Shown here one piece after another: positions 1 to 11,100 of a DNA stretch of 64,000 bases. Under the pieces are notes generated by a model. The model was not told the DNA's origin. It ran no database searches and worked only from the letters and a program-made list of their open reading frames with translations. The position numbers were made by a program, and so were the translations under genes. The stretch lies in NCBI GenBank assembly GCA_030390025.1, contig JASTWF010000349.1, positions 248,001 to 312,000 on the forward strand, given 5' to 3'. This stretch comes from Squalus acanthias (Eukaryota). Every line of letters starts with the position of its first letter. The stretch's first letter is position 1.

Positions 1-712
1 TACTCAAGGTGTGGTCTCACCAAGGCCCTGTACAACTGCAGCAAGACATCCTTGTTCCTGTACTCGAACCCTTTCGCTACGAAGGCCAACATACCATTTG
101 CCTTCTTGACCGCCTGCTGCACCTGCATGCTTACCTTCAGCGACTGGTGCACAAGAACACCCAGGTCTCGTTGCACTTCCCCTTCTCCCAATCTATTGCC
201 ATTCAGATAATAATCTGCCTTCCTGTTTTTGACACCAAAGTGGATAACCTCGCATTTATCCACATTATATTGCATCTGCCATGCTTCTGTCCAATCACCC
301 AACCTGTCCAAATCATACTGGAGTTTCTTGGCATCCTCCTCACGGCACACACGCCCACCCAGCTTTGTGTTGTCTGCATACTTGGAGATATTACACCCAA
401 TTCCCTCGTCTAGATCATTAATATATATTGTGAATAGCTGGGGTCCTAGTACCCCACTCGTCACTGCCTGCCACTCGGAAAAAGACCCATTTATTCCAAC
501 TCTTTGCTTTCTGTCTGCCAACCAGTTCTCTATCCAAGTCAATACCTTGCCCCCAATCCCATGTGCCTTAACTTTACACGCTAATCTCTTATGCGGGACC
601 TTATCGAAAGCCTTCTGAAAGTCCAAATACACACATCCACGGGTTCTCCCTTATCTATTTTAGCAGTTACATCCTCAAAAACTTCCAGTAGATTAGTCAA
701 GCACGATTTACC
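1..712 (-). mobile_element. CR1 LINE ORF2 (RT region) fragment, decayed; runs off the window start
   Basis: Nearly colinear with 17301-18030 of the CR1 copy below; minus strand encodes KSCLTNLLEVFEDVT...KGEPVDV; small deletions and frameshifts. Confidence 0.93.
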
Positions 713-1011
713 AGTGTTGTATCTGTACTGGAACAGCTTGGCTAGAGGCGCGGCTAGTTCTGGAGCACAAGTCTTCAGCACGATAGCCGGGATGTTGTCG
801 GGGCCCATAGCCTTTGCTGTATCCAGTGCGCTCAGCCGTTTCCTGATAGCACGTGGAGTGAATCGAATTAGCTGAAGACTGGCTTCTGTGATGGTGGGGA
901 CCTCAGGATCATCCACTCGGCACTTCTGGCTGAAGATGGTTGCGAACGCTTCAGCCTTGTCTTTTGCACTCATGTGCTGGGCTCCACCATCATTGAGGAT
1001 GGGGATATTCA

Positions 1012-1332
1012 GAATCAGAATCACAGAATCCCCACAGTGCAGATAGAGGCCATTTCGGCCCATCGAGCTTGCACCGACACATATCCCACCCTATCCCCGT
1101 AACCCCACGTATTTAATCCCCCTAACACTAAGGGTCAATTTATCATAGCCAAATCAACCTAACCCGCACATCTTTGGACTGTGGGAGGAAACCGGAGCAC
1201 CCGGAGGAAACCCACGCAGACACGGGGAGAATGTGCAAACTCCACACAGACAGTCACCCGTGGCCGGATTCGAACCCGGGTCCCTGGCGCTGTGAGACAA
1301 CAGTGCTAACCACTATGCCACCGTGTTGCCCG
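1012..1332 (-). mobile_element. tRNA-derived SINE (HE1/V-SINE-like) inserted in LINE family B
   Basis: Minus strand shows A box TGGCATAGTGG, B box GGTTCGAATCC, a V-domain-like core, a CR1-like tail (GGGCCGAAATGGCCT) and GATTCT repeats. Target duplication TATTCA at 1006-1011 and 1333-1338; the empty site is visible in the other copy near 27905-27920. Confidence 0.9.
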
Positions 1333-2781
1333 TATTCATGGAGCCTCCTCCTCCTCCCGTTAGTTGTTTAATGGTCCACCACCATTCACGACTGGATGTG
1401 GCCAGACTGCAGAGCTTTGATCTGATCCATTGATTGTGGGATCGCTTAGCCCTGTCTATAGCATGCTGCTTCCGCTTTTTGGCATGCATGCAGTCCTGTG
1501 TTGCAGCTTCCCCAGTTTGGCACCTCATTTTTAGGTACGCCTGGTGCTGCTCCTGGCATGCTCTTCTACACTCCTTATTGAACCATGGTTGGTCCCCTGG
1601 CTTGATGGTAATGGTAGAGTGAGGGATATGCTGGGCCATGAGGTTACAGATTGTGGTGGAATACAATTCGGCTGCTGCTGATGGCCCACAGTGCCTCATG
1701 GATGCCCAGTTTTGAGCTGCTAGATCTGTTCTGAATCTATCCCATTTAGCACGGTGGTAGTGCCACACACACGATGGAGGGTGTTCTCAGTGTGAAGACG
1801 GGACTTTGTCTCCACAATGACTGTGCGGTGGTCACTGCTACCAATGCTGTCATGGACAGATGCATCTGCGACAGGTAGATTGGTGAGGACGAGGTCAAGT
1901 AGGTTTTTCCCTCGTGTTGGTTCCTCACCACCTGTCGCAGGCCCAGACTGGCAGTTATGTCCTTCAGGACTTGGCCAGCTCGGTCAGTAGTGGTGCTACC
2001 GAGTCACTCTTGGTGATGGACATTAAAGTCCCCCACCCAGAGTACATTCTGTGCTACTCTCAGTGCTTCTTCCAAGTGGTGTTCAACATGGAGGAGTACT
2101 GATTCATCAGCTGAGGGAGGGCGGTAGGTGGTAATCAGCAGGAGGTTTCCTTGCCCATGCTTGACCTGAAGCCATGAGACTTCATGGGGTCCGGAGTCAA
2201 TGTTGAGGACTCCCAGGGCCACTGCTTCCTGACTGTTTACCACTGTGCCGCCACCCCTGGTGGGTCTGTCCTGCCGGTGGGACAGGACATACCCAGGGAT
2301 GGTGATGGAGGAGTTTGAGACATTGGCTGAAAGGTATGATTCTGTGAGTATGACTATGTCAGGCTGTTGCTTGACTAGTCTGTGGGACAGCTCTCCCAAT
2401 TTTGGCACAAGTCCCCAGATGTTGGTGAGGAGGACTTTGCAGGGTCGATTAGGCTGGGTGTGCTGTTGCCGTGTCCGTAGCCGGTGCCGGGTGGTCCGTC
2501 CGGTTTCATTCTTATTATGTTTCATAGCGGTTTGTTACAACTGAGCGTCTTGCTCGGCCATTTCAGAGGGCAGTTAAGAGTCAACCACATTGCTGTGGGT
2601 CTGGAGTCACATATAGGCCAGACCGGGTAACGACGGCAGATTTCCTTCCCTAAAGGACATTAGTGAACCAGATGGGTTTTTAACGACAATCCGATAGTTT
2701 CATGGTCACCATTACTGATACTAGCTTTTTATTCCAGATTTATTTAATTAATTGAATTTAAATTCCCCAGCTGCCGTGGTG

Positions 2782-2851
2782 GGATTTGAACTCACGTCTC
2801 TGGATCATTAGTCCACTAGTTAACTAGCCCAGTGACATTACCACTACACTA
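2782..2851 (-). promoter_or_regulatory. Internal RNA polymerase III type-2 promoter (A and B boxes)
   Basis: TAGTGTAGTGG (A box) about 10 nt from the element 5' end; GAGTTCAAATCC (B box) about 47 nt downstream. Confidence 0.7.
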
Positions 2852-2860
2852 CCGTTCCCC

Positions 2861-4917
2861 TAATGTGCAGGCAGAGAGGGAATAGGTGACCACCAGACAG
2901 AGAAGGAGGACCAAGCAGGTAGGGCAGGAATCCCCAGAGTGCATTTCGCTCGCTAACCGGTTCACAGTTCTGGAAACTGGTGGGGGTGATGGCTCCTCTG
3001 GGGAGAGCAACCAGAGCCAAGGCCACGGCACCACGGGTGGCTCAGCAGCACAGGGGGGAGGAAGAAGAGTGGAAGAGCAATAATGATAGGGAATTCATTG
3101 GTTAAGGGAACAGATAGGCGTTTCTGTGGACGTAAACGTGACTCCAGGATGGTATGTTGCCTCCCTGGTGCCAGGGTCAAGGATGTCACTGAGCGGCTGC
3201 AGGACACTCTGAGGGGGGAGGGTGAACAGCCAGAGGTCGTGGTCCATATCGGTACCAACGACATAGGCAGAAAGAGGGAATGAGGTCCTGCAGGCAGGCT
3301 ATAGGGAGCTAGGAGAGAGATTAAAAAGCAGGACCTCAAAGGTAGTAATCTCCGGTTTACTCCCGGTGCCACGTGCTAGTGAGTAGAGGAATAGGAGGAT
3401 AGAACAGATGAATGCGTGGCTGGAGAGATGGTGCAGGAGGGAGGGCTTTAGATTCTTGAGGCATTGGGACCATTTCTGGGGAAGGTGGGACCTGTAAAAG
3501 CCGGACGGGTTACACCTCAACAGAGCCGGGACCAATATTCTCGCGGGGAGGTTTGCTAGTGCTGTTGGGGAGGTTTAAACTAGCGTGGCAGGGGGATGGG
3601 CACCAGCATGTAGGAGTGGAGGGGAGGAATGGGGTGCATGGAAGAGTGAGTGTGTTGGATGGTACTGGAGGGGAAGGTAGTGTTGGAGGCGGAAGTTGTA
3701 CCATATTAGATAGGAGCAGACCAAGAAAGACTACGAAAAATTAAAAAATGGGTTTAGAATGCATGTACGTAAATGCACAAAGTGTGGTGAATAAGGTTGG
3801 TGAGCTACAAGCACAGTTAGCCGTGTGGCAATATGATGTTGTGGCAATAACAGAAACGAGGCTTAAAAACAGTGAGGACTGGGCACTTAATATTCAAGGG
3901 TACAAGGTGTTCAGAAAAGATAGGGAAGGAAAAAAGGGAGGTGGGGTGGCAGTGCTGATTAAGGAAGACATTGTAGTGTTGGAAAGGGAGGATGTTCTTG
4001 AGGGGACAAGGACAGAATCTATTTGGTTAGAGTTGAGAAGCAAAAAGGGTATGATCACGCTATTGGGGGTATTCTACAGGCCTCCAAATAGTGAGGGGGA
4101 GGTAGAGGAGCAAATCTGCAGGGAAATCGCAAAGATATGCAAGAGCTATAGAGTGGTGATATTGGGGGACTTTAATTACCCAAATATCGATTGGGATAAT
4201 GCTAGGGTAAAGGGAAAGGAGGGGGAGGAATTTCTGAAATGTGTTCAGGAGAATTTCCTTGACCCAACTAGGAAGGAGGCATTGCTGGATCTGGTGCTGG
4301 GGAATGAGGTGGGCCAGGTCGACCAAGTGTCTGTGGGAGAACACTTGGATACGAGTGATCATCGTATCATAAGATTTAAATTAGCAATGGAGAGGAGCTA
4401 GGAACAATCTAGAGTGGAACTTCGAAACTGGAATAGGGCTAACTTCAATGGGATGCGAAAGGATCTAGCCAGGGTAAAATGGAACCAAAGACTGACAGGA
4501 AAAACTGTAACGGAACAATGGGTGATCGTTAAGGAGGAGATGTTCCAAGTACAGGCTAGGTACATTCCAACAAGAGGGAAGGGTAAGGGAACCAAAGCAA
4601 GGGCTCCTTGGATGAAGAGGGAGATAGAGAAGATGATGAAACAAAAAAAGAGGGTGTATGATGAATATCAGGTGAATTCTTCAAGGGAGAACCAGACCAA
4701 ATACAATAAGTTGAGAGGGGAAGTGAAGATGAAAATAAGATTGGCAAAGACAGAATATGAAAGTAGAATGGCGGTTAACATAAAAGGGAACCCAAAAATC
4801 TTCTACCGGCATGTAAACAGTAAGCGAGTAGTAAGCGGGGTGGGGCCTATTAGGGACAAAGAAGGTGACATATGCTTAGAGGTGCAGGGCAAGGCTAGAA
4901 TACTCAATGAGTACTTT
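2861..4917 (+). mobile_element. CR1 LINE, 5'-truncated: ORF1 esterase remnant plus ORF2 APE region, ending at the assembly gap
   Basis: ORF1 IGNSLVKG...VVVHIGTND with stops; ORF2 from 3748 (YVNAQS, AITET, FYRPPN, GDFNYP, SDH) with an in-frame stop at 4399. Confidence 0.92.
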
Positions 4918-5117
4918 NNNNNNNNNNNNNNNNNNNNNNNNNNNNNNNNNNNNNNNNNNNNNNNNNNNNNNNNNNNNNNNNNNNNNNNNNNNNNNNNNNN
5001 NNNNNNNNNNNNNNNNNNNNNNNNNNNNNNNNNNNNNNNNNNNNNNNNNNNNNNNNNNNNNNNNNNNNNNNNNNNNNNNNNNNNNNNNNNNNNNNNNNNN
5101 NNNNNNNNNNNNNNNNN
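4918..5117. other. Assembly gap (200 N)
   Basis: Run of exactly 200 N; flanks are unrelated sequence. Confidence 1.
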
Positions 5118-8100
5118 TGTGGGGGACGGAGCGGGGGAGGGGGGCATTGTGTGTCTGGGGTATGGGGTGGGGGAGCAGACAGTGTGTGTGTGTGTGTGGG
5201 ACGGAGCGGGGGTGGGGGTGCAGTGTGTGTGGGGGACGGGGAGGGGGAGCAGTGTGTGTGGGGGAAGGAGCGGTGGAGCGGGGGCAGTGTGTGTGGGGGA
5301 CGGAGCGGGGGAGGGGGGGCAGTGTTTGTGGGGGACGGAGCGGGGGAGGGGGGCAATGTGTGTGTGGGACGGAGCGAGGGAGGGGGGCAGTGTGTGTGTG
5401 GGGGACGGAGCGGGGGAGGGGTCAGTGTGTGTGGGGGATGGAGCGGGGGAGGGGGGCAGTGTGTGTGTGGGGGATGGAGCGGGGGGAGGGTATCAGTGTG
5501 TGTGTGGGGGACGGAGCGGGGGGAAGGGGTCAGTGGGTGGTGGGGGATGGAGCGGGGGAGGGGGGGCAGTGTGTGTGTGCGGGATGGAGCGGGAGTGGGG
5601 GGGGGTCAGTGCGTGTGTGGGGGACGTAGCGGGGGAGGGGGGCAGTGTGTGTGTGGGGGATGGAGCGGGGGAGGGGGTCAGTGTGTGTGGGGGTGACGCA
5701 GCGGGGGAGGGGGGCAGTGTGTGTGTGGGGGATGGAGCGGGGGAGGGGGTCCGTGTGTGTGTGGGGGACGGAGCGGGGGAGGGGGGGCAGCGTGTGTGGG
5801 GGGGACGGAGCGGAGGAGGGGACAGTGTGTGTGTATGTGTGAGACGGAGCAGGGGGGAGGGTGCAGTGTGTGTGGGGGACGGAGCGGGGGAGTGGCGGCA
5901 GTGTGTGTGGGGGATGGAGCGGGGGAGGGGTCAGTGTTTGTGGGGGACGGAGCGGGGGAGGGGAAGCATTGTGTGTGGGGGACGGAGCTGGGAGGGGAAG
6001 CATTGTGTGTGGGGGACGGAGCGGGGAGGGGGCAGTGTGTGTGTGTGGGACGGAGCGAGGGAGGGGCAGCATTGTGTGTGGGGGACGGAGCGGGAGAGGG
6101 AACAGTGTGTGTGGTGGGACGGAGCGGGGGAGGGGCTCAGTGTGTGTGTGGGGGACGGAGCGGGGGAGGGGACAGTGTGTGTGTGGGGGGCGGAGCGGGG
6201 GAGGGGACAGTGTGTGTGTGAGGGACGGAGCGGGGAAAGGGGTGAAATGTGTGTGTGGGGGTCGGAGCGGGGGAGGGGGGCAGTGTGTGTGGGTGACGGA
6301 GTGGGGGAGGGGGTCAGTGTGTGTGTGGGGGACGGAGCGGGGGAGGAGAGGCATTGTGTGTGTGGGGGACGGAGCGGGGGAGGAGAGGCATTGTGTGTGG
6401 GGGACCGAGCGGGGAAGGGGAAGCATTGTGTGTGGGGGACGGAGCGGGGGAGAGGGGGCAGTGAGTGTTTGTGGGGGATGGAGCGGGGGATGGGGGCATT
6501 GTATGTCTGGGGGACGGAGCGGGGGGAGAGGGACAGTGTCTCTGTGTGTGGGACGGAGCGGGGGATGGGGGTGCAGTGTGTGTGGGGGACGGAGCGGGGG
6601 CAGTGTGTGTGGGGGACGTAGCGGGGGAGCGGACAGTTTGTGTGTGGGGGACGGAGCGGGGGAGGGGGGCAGTGTGTGTGGGGATGGAGCGGGGAGGGGG
6701 GGTAGTTGTGTGTGTGGGGACGGAGCGGGGGAGGTGGGCAGTGTTTGTGTGTGAGGGACGGAGCGGGGGAGGGGGGGCAGTGTGTGTGTGTGGGGGACGG
6801 AGCGGGGAGGGGGGCAGTGTGTGTGTGGGGGACGGAGCAGGGGAGGGGGGCAATGTGTGTGTGTGTGGGACGGACCGACGGAGGGTCAACATTGAGTGTG
6901 GGGGACGGAGTGGGGGAGGGAACAGTGTGTGTGGGGGGGGACGGAACGGGGGAGGGCTCAGTGTGTGTGTGGGGGACAGAGCGGGGGAGGGGACAGAGTG
7001 TGTGTGGGGGGCGGAGCGGGGAGGGGTCAGTGTGTGTGTGTGGGGGACGGTGCGGGGGAAGGGGTGAAATGTGTGTGTGGGGGACGGAGCGGGGGAGGGG
7101 GGAAGTGTGTGTGTGTGGGGGACGGAGCGGTGGAGGGTGGCAGTGTGTGTGGGGGACGGAGCGGGGTAGGGGGGGAAGTGTGTGTGTGTGGGGGGACGGA
7201 GCGGGGGAGGGGGGGACAGTGTGTGTGTGGGGGACGGGAGCGGGGGATGGGGCAGTATATGTGTGGGGGACGGAGCGGGGAGGGGGCAGAGTGTGTGTGG
7301 GGGGGACGGAGCGGGGGAGGTTGTCAGTGTGTGTGTGGGGGACGGAGCGGGGGAGGGGGCAGTGTGTGTGGGGGGGACGGAGCGGGGGAGGGTATCAGTG
7401 TGTGTGTGGGGACGGAGCGGGGAGGGGGTCAGTGTGTGTGTGAGGGGGACGGAGCGGGGTAGGGGGATGGAGCGGGGGCGGGGGGCAGTGTGTGTGTGGG
7501 GGACGGAGCGGGGAGGAGAGGCATTGTGTGTGGGGGACCGAGCGGGGGGAGGGGAAGCATTGTGTGTGGGGGACGGAGCGGGGGAGAGGGGGCAGTGAGT
7601 GTTTGTGGGGGATGGAGCGGGGGAGGGGGGCATTGTGTGTCTGGGGGACGGAGCGGGGGAGCGGACAGTGTCTGTGTGTGTGGGACGGAGCGGGGGAGGG
7701 GGTGCAGTGTGTGTGGGGGACGGAGCGGGAGAGGGGGGGCAGTGTGTGTGGGGGACGGAGCGGGGGCAATGTGTGTGGGGGACGGAGCGGGGGAGGGGAC
7801 AGTTTGTGTGTGGGGGATGGAGCGGGGGAGGGGTGCAGTGTGTGTGGGGACGGAGCGGGGGAGGGGGGCAGTGTGTGTGTGGGGACGGAGCGGGGGAGGT
7901 GGGCAGTGTGTGTGTGTGAGGGACGGAGCGGGGGAGGGGGGCAAGTGTGTGTGTGTGGGGGACGGAGCGGGAGGGGGCAGTGTGTGTGTGGGGGACGGAG
8001 CAGGGGAGGGGTCAGTGTGTGTGGGGAATGGAGCGGTGGAGGGGGGCAATGTGTGTGTGTGGGACGGACCGACGGAGGGTCAACATTGTGTGTGGGGGAC

Positions 8101-11100
8101 GGAGCGGGGGAGGGAACAGTGTGTGTGGGGGGGGGACGGGACGGGGAGGGCTCAGTGTGTGTGTGGGGGGCGGAGCGGGGGAGGGAGTCAGTGTGTGTGT
8201 GTGGGGGACGGTGCGGGGGAAGGGGTGAAATGTGTGTGTGGGGGACGGAGCGGGGGAGGGGCGGTAAAGTGTGTGTGGGGACGGAGCGGGGGAGGGGGGC
8301 AGTGTGTGTGTGTGGTGGGACGGACGGAGCGGTGGAGGGGTGGCAGTGTGTGTGGGGGACGGAGCGGGGTAGGGGGGGAAGTGTGTGTGTGGGGGACGGA
8401 GCGGGGGAGGGGGGGACAGTGTGTGTGTGGGGGACGGAGCGGGGGATGGGGGCAGTATGTGTGTGGGGGACGGAGCGGGGGAGGGGGGCAGTGTGTGTGT
8501 GGGGGGGATGGAGCGGGGGAGGTTGTCAGTGTGTGTGTGGGGGACAGAGCGGGGAGGGGGGCAGTGTGTGTGTGGGGGACGGAGCGGGGGAGGGTATCAG
8601 TGTGTGTGTGGGGGACGGAGCGGGGAGGGGGTCAGTGTGTGTGTGGGGGACGGAGCGGGGGAGGGGGGCAGTGTGTGTGTGCGGGATGGAGCGGGGGAGG
8701 GGGTCAGTGTGTGTGTGTGGGATGGAGCGGGGGAGGGGTCAGTGTGTGTGGGGGACGGAGCGGGGGAGAGGAAGCATTGTGTGTGGGGGACGGAGCGGGG
8801 TAGGGGCTCAGTGTGTGTGTGGGACGGAGCGAGGGAGGGACTGCATTGTGTGTGGGGGACGGAGCGGGGGAGGGGGACAGTGTGTGTGTGAGGGGGACGG
8901 AGCGGGGGAGGGGGATGGAGCGGGGGAGGGGGGCAGTGTGTGTGTGGGGGATGGAGCGGGGGAGGTTGTCAGTGCGTGTGTGGGGGACGGAGCGGGGGAG
9001 GGGGGCAGTGTGTGTGTGTGTGTGGGGGACGGAGCGGGGGAGGGGGGCAGTGTGTGTGTGGGGGACGGAGCGGGGGAGGGTATCAGTGTGTTTGTGGGGG
9101 ACGGAGCGGGGAGGGGTTCAGTGTGTGTGTGGGGGACGGAGCGGGGGAGGGGGGCGGTGTGTGTGTGGGGGATGGAGCGGGGGAGGGGGGGAAATGTGTG
9201 TGGGGGACGGAGCGGGGGAGGGACTCCATTGTGTGTGGGGGACGGAGCAGGGGAGGGGGTCAGTGTGTGTGTGAGGGGGACGGAGCGGGGAGGGGGAAGG
9301 AGCGGGGGAGGGGAGCAGTGTGTGTGTGGGGGACGAAGCGGGGGAGGTTGTCAGTGTGTGTGTGGGGGACGGAGCGGGGGAGGGGGGCAGTGTGTGTGTG
9401 GGGGACGGAGCGGGGGAGGGGGGCAGTGTGTGTGTGGGGGACGGAGCGGGGGAGGGTATCAGTGTGTTTGTGGGGAACGGAGCGGGGAGGGGGTCAGTGT
9501 GTGTGTGGGGGACGGAGCGGGGGAGGGGGGCATGGTGTGTGTGGGGGATGGAGCGGGGGAGGGGGGGCAGTGTGTGTGGGGGACGGAGCGGGGGAGGGGA
9601 AGCATTGTGTGTGGGGGACGGAGCGGGGCAGGGGGAAAGTGTGTGTGTGGGACGGAGCGAGGGAGGGTTTGCATTGTGCGTGGGGGACGGAGCGGGGGAG
9701 GGAACAGTGTGTGTGGGAGGGACGGAGCGGGGAGGGGCTCAGTGTGTGTGTGGGGGACGGAGCGGGGGAGGGGACAGTGTGTGTGTGGAGGGCGGAGCGG
9801 GGGAGGGGACAGTGTGTGTGTGTGGGGGACGGAGCGGGGGAAGGGGTAAATGTGTGTGTGGGGGACGGAGCGGGGGAGGGGGGGGAAATGTGTGTGTGGG
9901 GGACGGAGCGGGGGAGGGGGGCAGTGTGTGTGTGTGGGGGACGGAGCGGGGGAAGGGGGGCAGTGTGTGTGTGGGGGACGGAGCGGGGGAGGGGGAAGTG
10001 TGTGTGTGGGGACGGAGCGGGGGAGGGGGGCAGTGTGTGTGTGTGGGGACCGGAGCGGGGGAGGGGAAGACAGTGTGTGTGTGGGGGACGGAGCGGGGGA
10101 GGGGGGCATGTGTGTGTGGGGGACGGAGCGGGGAAGGGGGCAGTGTGTGTGTGGGTGACAGAGCGGGGGGAGGGGTGCAGTGTGTGTGTGTGGGACGGAG
10201 CGGGGGTGGGGTGGCAGTGTGTGTGTGGAGGAGGGAGCGGGGGAGGATGGCTGTGTGTGTGGGGGACGGAGCGGGCGAGGGGTACAGTGTGTGTGTGTGT
10301 GGGATGGAGCAGGGGTGGGGTGGCAGTGTGTGTGGAGGAGGGAGTGGGGGAGGAGGAAAGTGTGTGTGTGGGGATGGAGTGGGGGACGGGGGGAAGTGTG
10401 TGTGTGGGGGACGGAGCGGGGGAGGGGGACAGTGTGTGGGGGGGACGGAGCGGGGAAGGGGGGTCAGTGTGTGTGGGGGACTGAGCGGGGGAGGGGGGCA
10501 GTGTGTGTGTGGGGGACGGAGCGGGGGAGGGGGAAGTGTGTGTGTGGGGGACGGAGCGGAGGAGGGGGAAGTGTGTGTGTGTGGGGGACATAGCGGGGGA
10601 GTGGGGCAGTGTGTGTCTGGTGGACGGAGCGGGGGAGGGGGCAGTGTGTGTGTGTGTGGGGGATGGAGTGGGGGAGGGGGGCATTTTTTGTGTGGGGGAC
10701 AGAGCGGGGGAGGGGGGCAGTGTGTGTGTGTGTGGGGGACGGAGCAGGGGAGGGGCCAGTGTGTGTGAATGGGACGGAGTGGGGGAGGGGGTCAGTGTGT
10801 GTGTGGGGGACGGAGCGGGGGAGGGGGACAGTGTGTGTGTGCGGGATGGAGCGGGGAAGGGGGTCAGTGTGTGTGTGGGGGATGCAGCGGGGGAGGGGGG
10901 CAGTGTGTGTGTGGGGGATGGAGCGGGGGAGGGGGTCAGTGTGTGTGGAGGGGACGCAGCGGGGGAGGGGAGCAGTGTGTGTGTGGGGGATGGAGCGGGG
11001 GCGGGAATCAGTGTGTGTGTGGGGGACGGAGCGGGGGAGGGGGGGCAGCGTGTGTGTGGGGGACGGAGCGGGGGAGGGGGGGCAGTGAGTGTGTGTGGGG

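Larger units (their letters stand above)
713..2860 (-). mobile_element. CR1-group LINE 'family B' copy 1: tRNA-like head + Deu-like body + APE endonuclease/pre-RT ORF2; 3' part lost
   Basis: APE motifs (TNIWGL, DIVILTESYL, TTYRPP, VGDFNVHH) in ORF 2004-2525; GPDNIP...APELAAPLAKLF in ORF 581-1063; A box at 2841-2851 and B box at 2782-2793 on the minus strand. Confidence 0.85.

Noticed and set aside
1255..1332. Possible tRNA gene (also 2775-2860)
   Set aside because: A and B boxes are present but continue into SINE bodies; these are tRNA-derived heads.
4414..6621. 735-aa ORF
   Set aside because: Artefact joining CR1 ORF2, the N gap and minisatellite.
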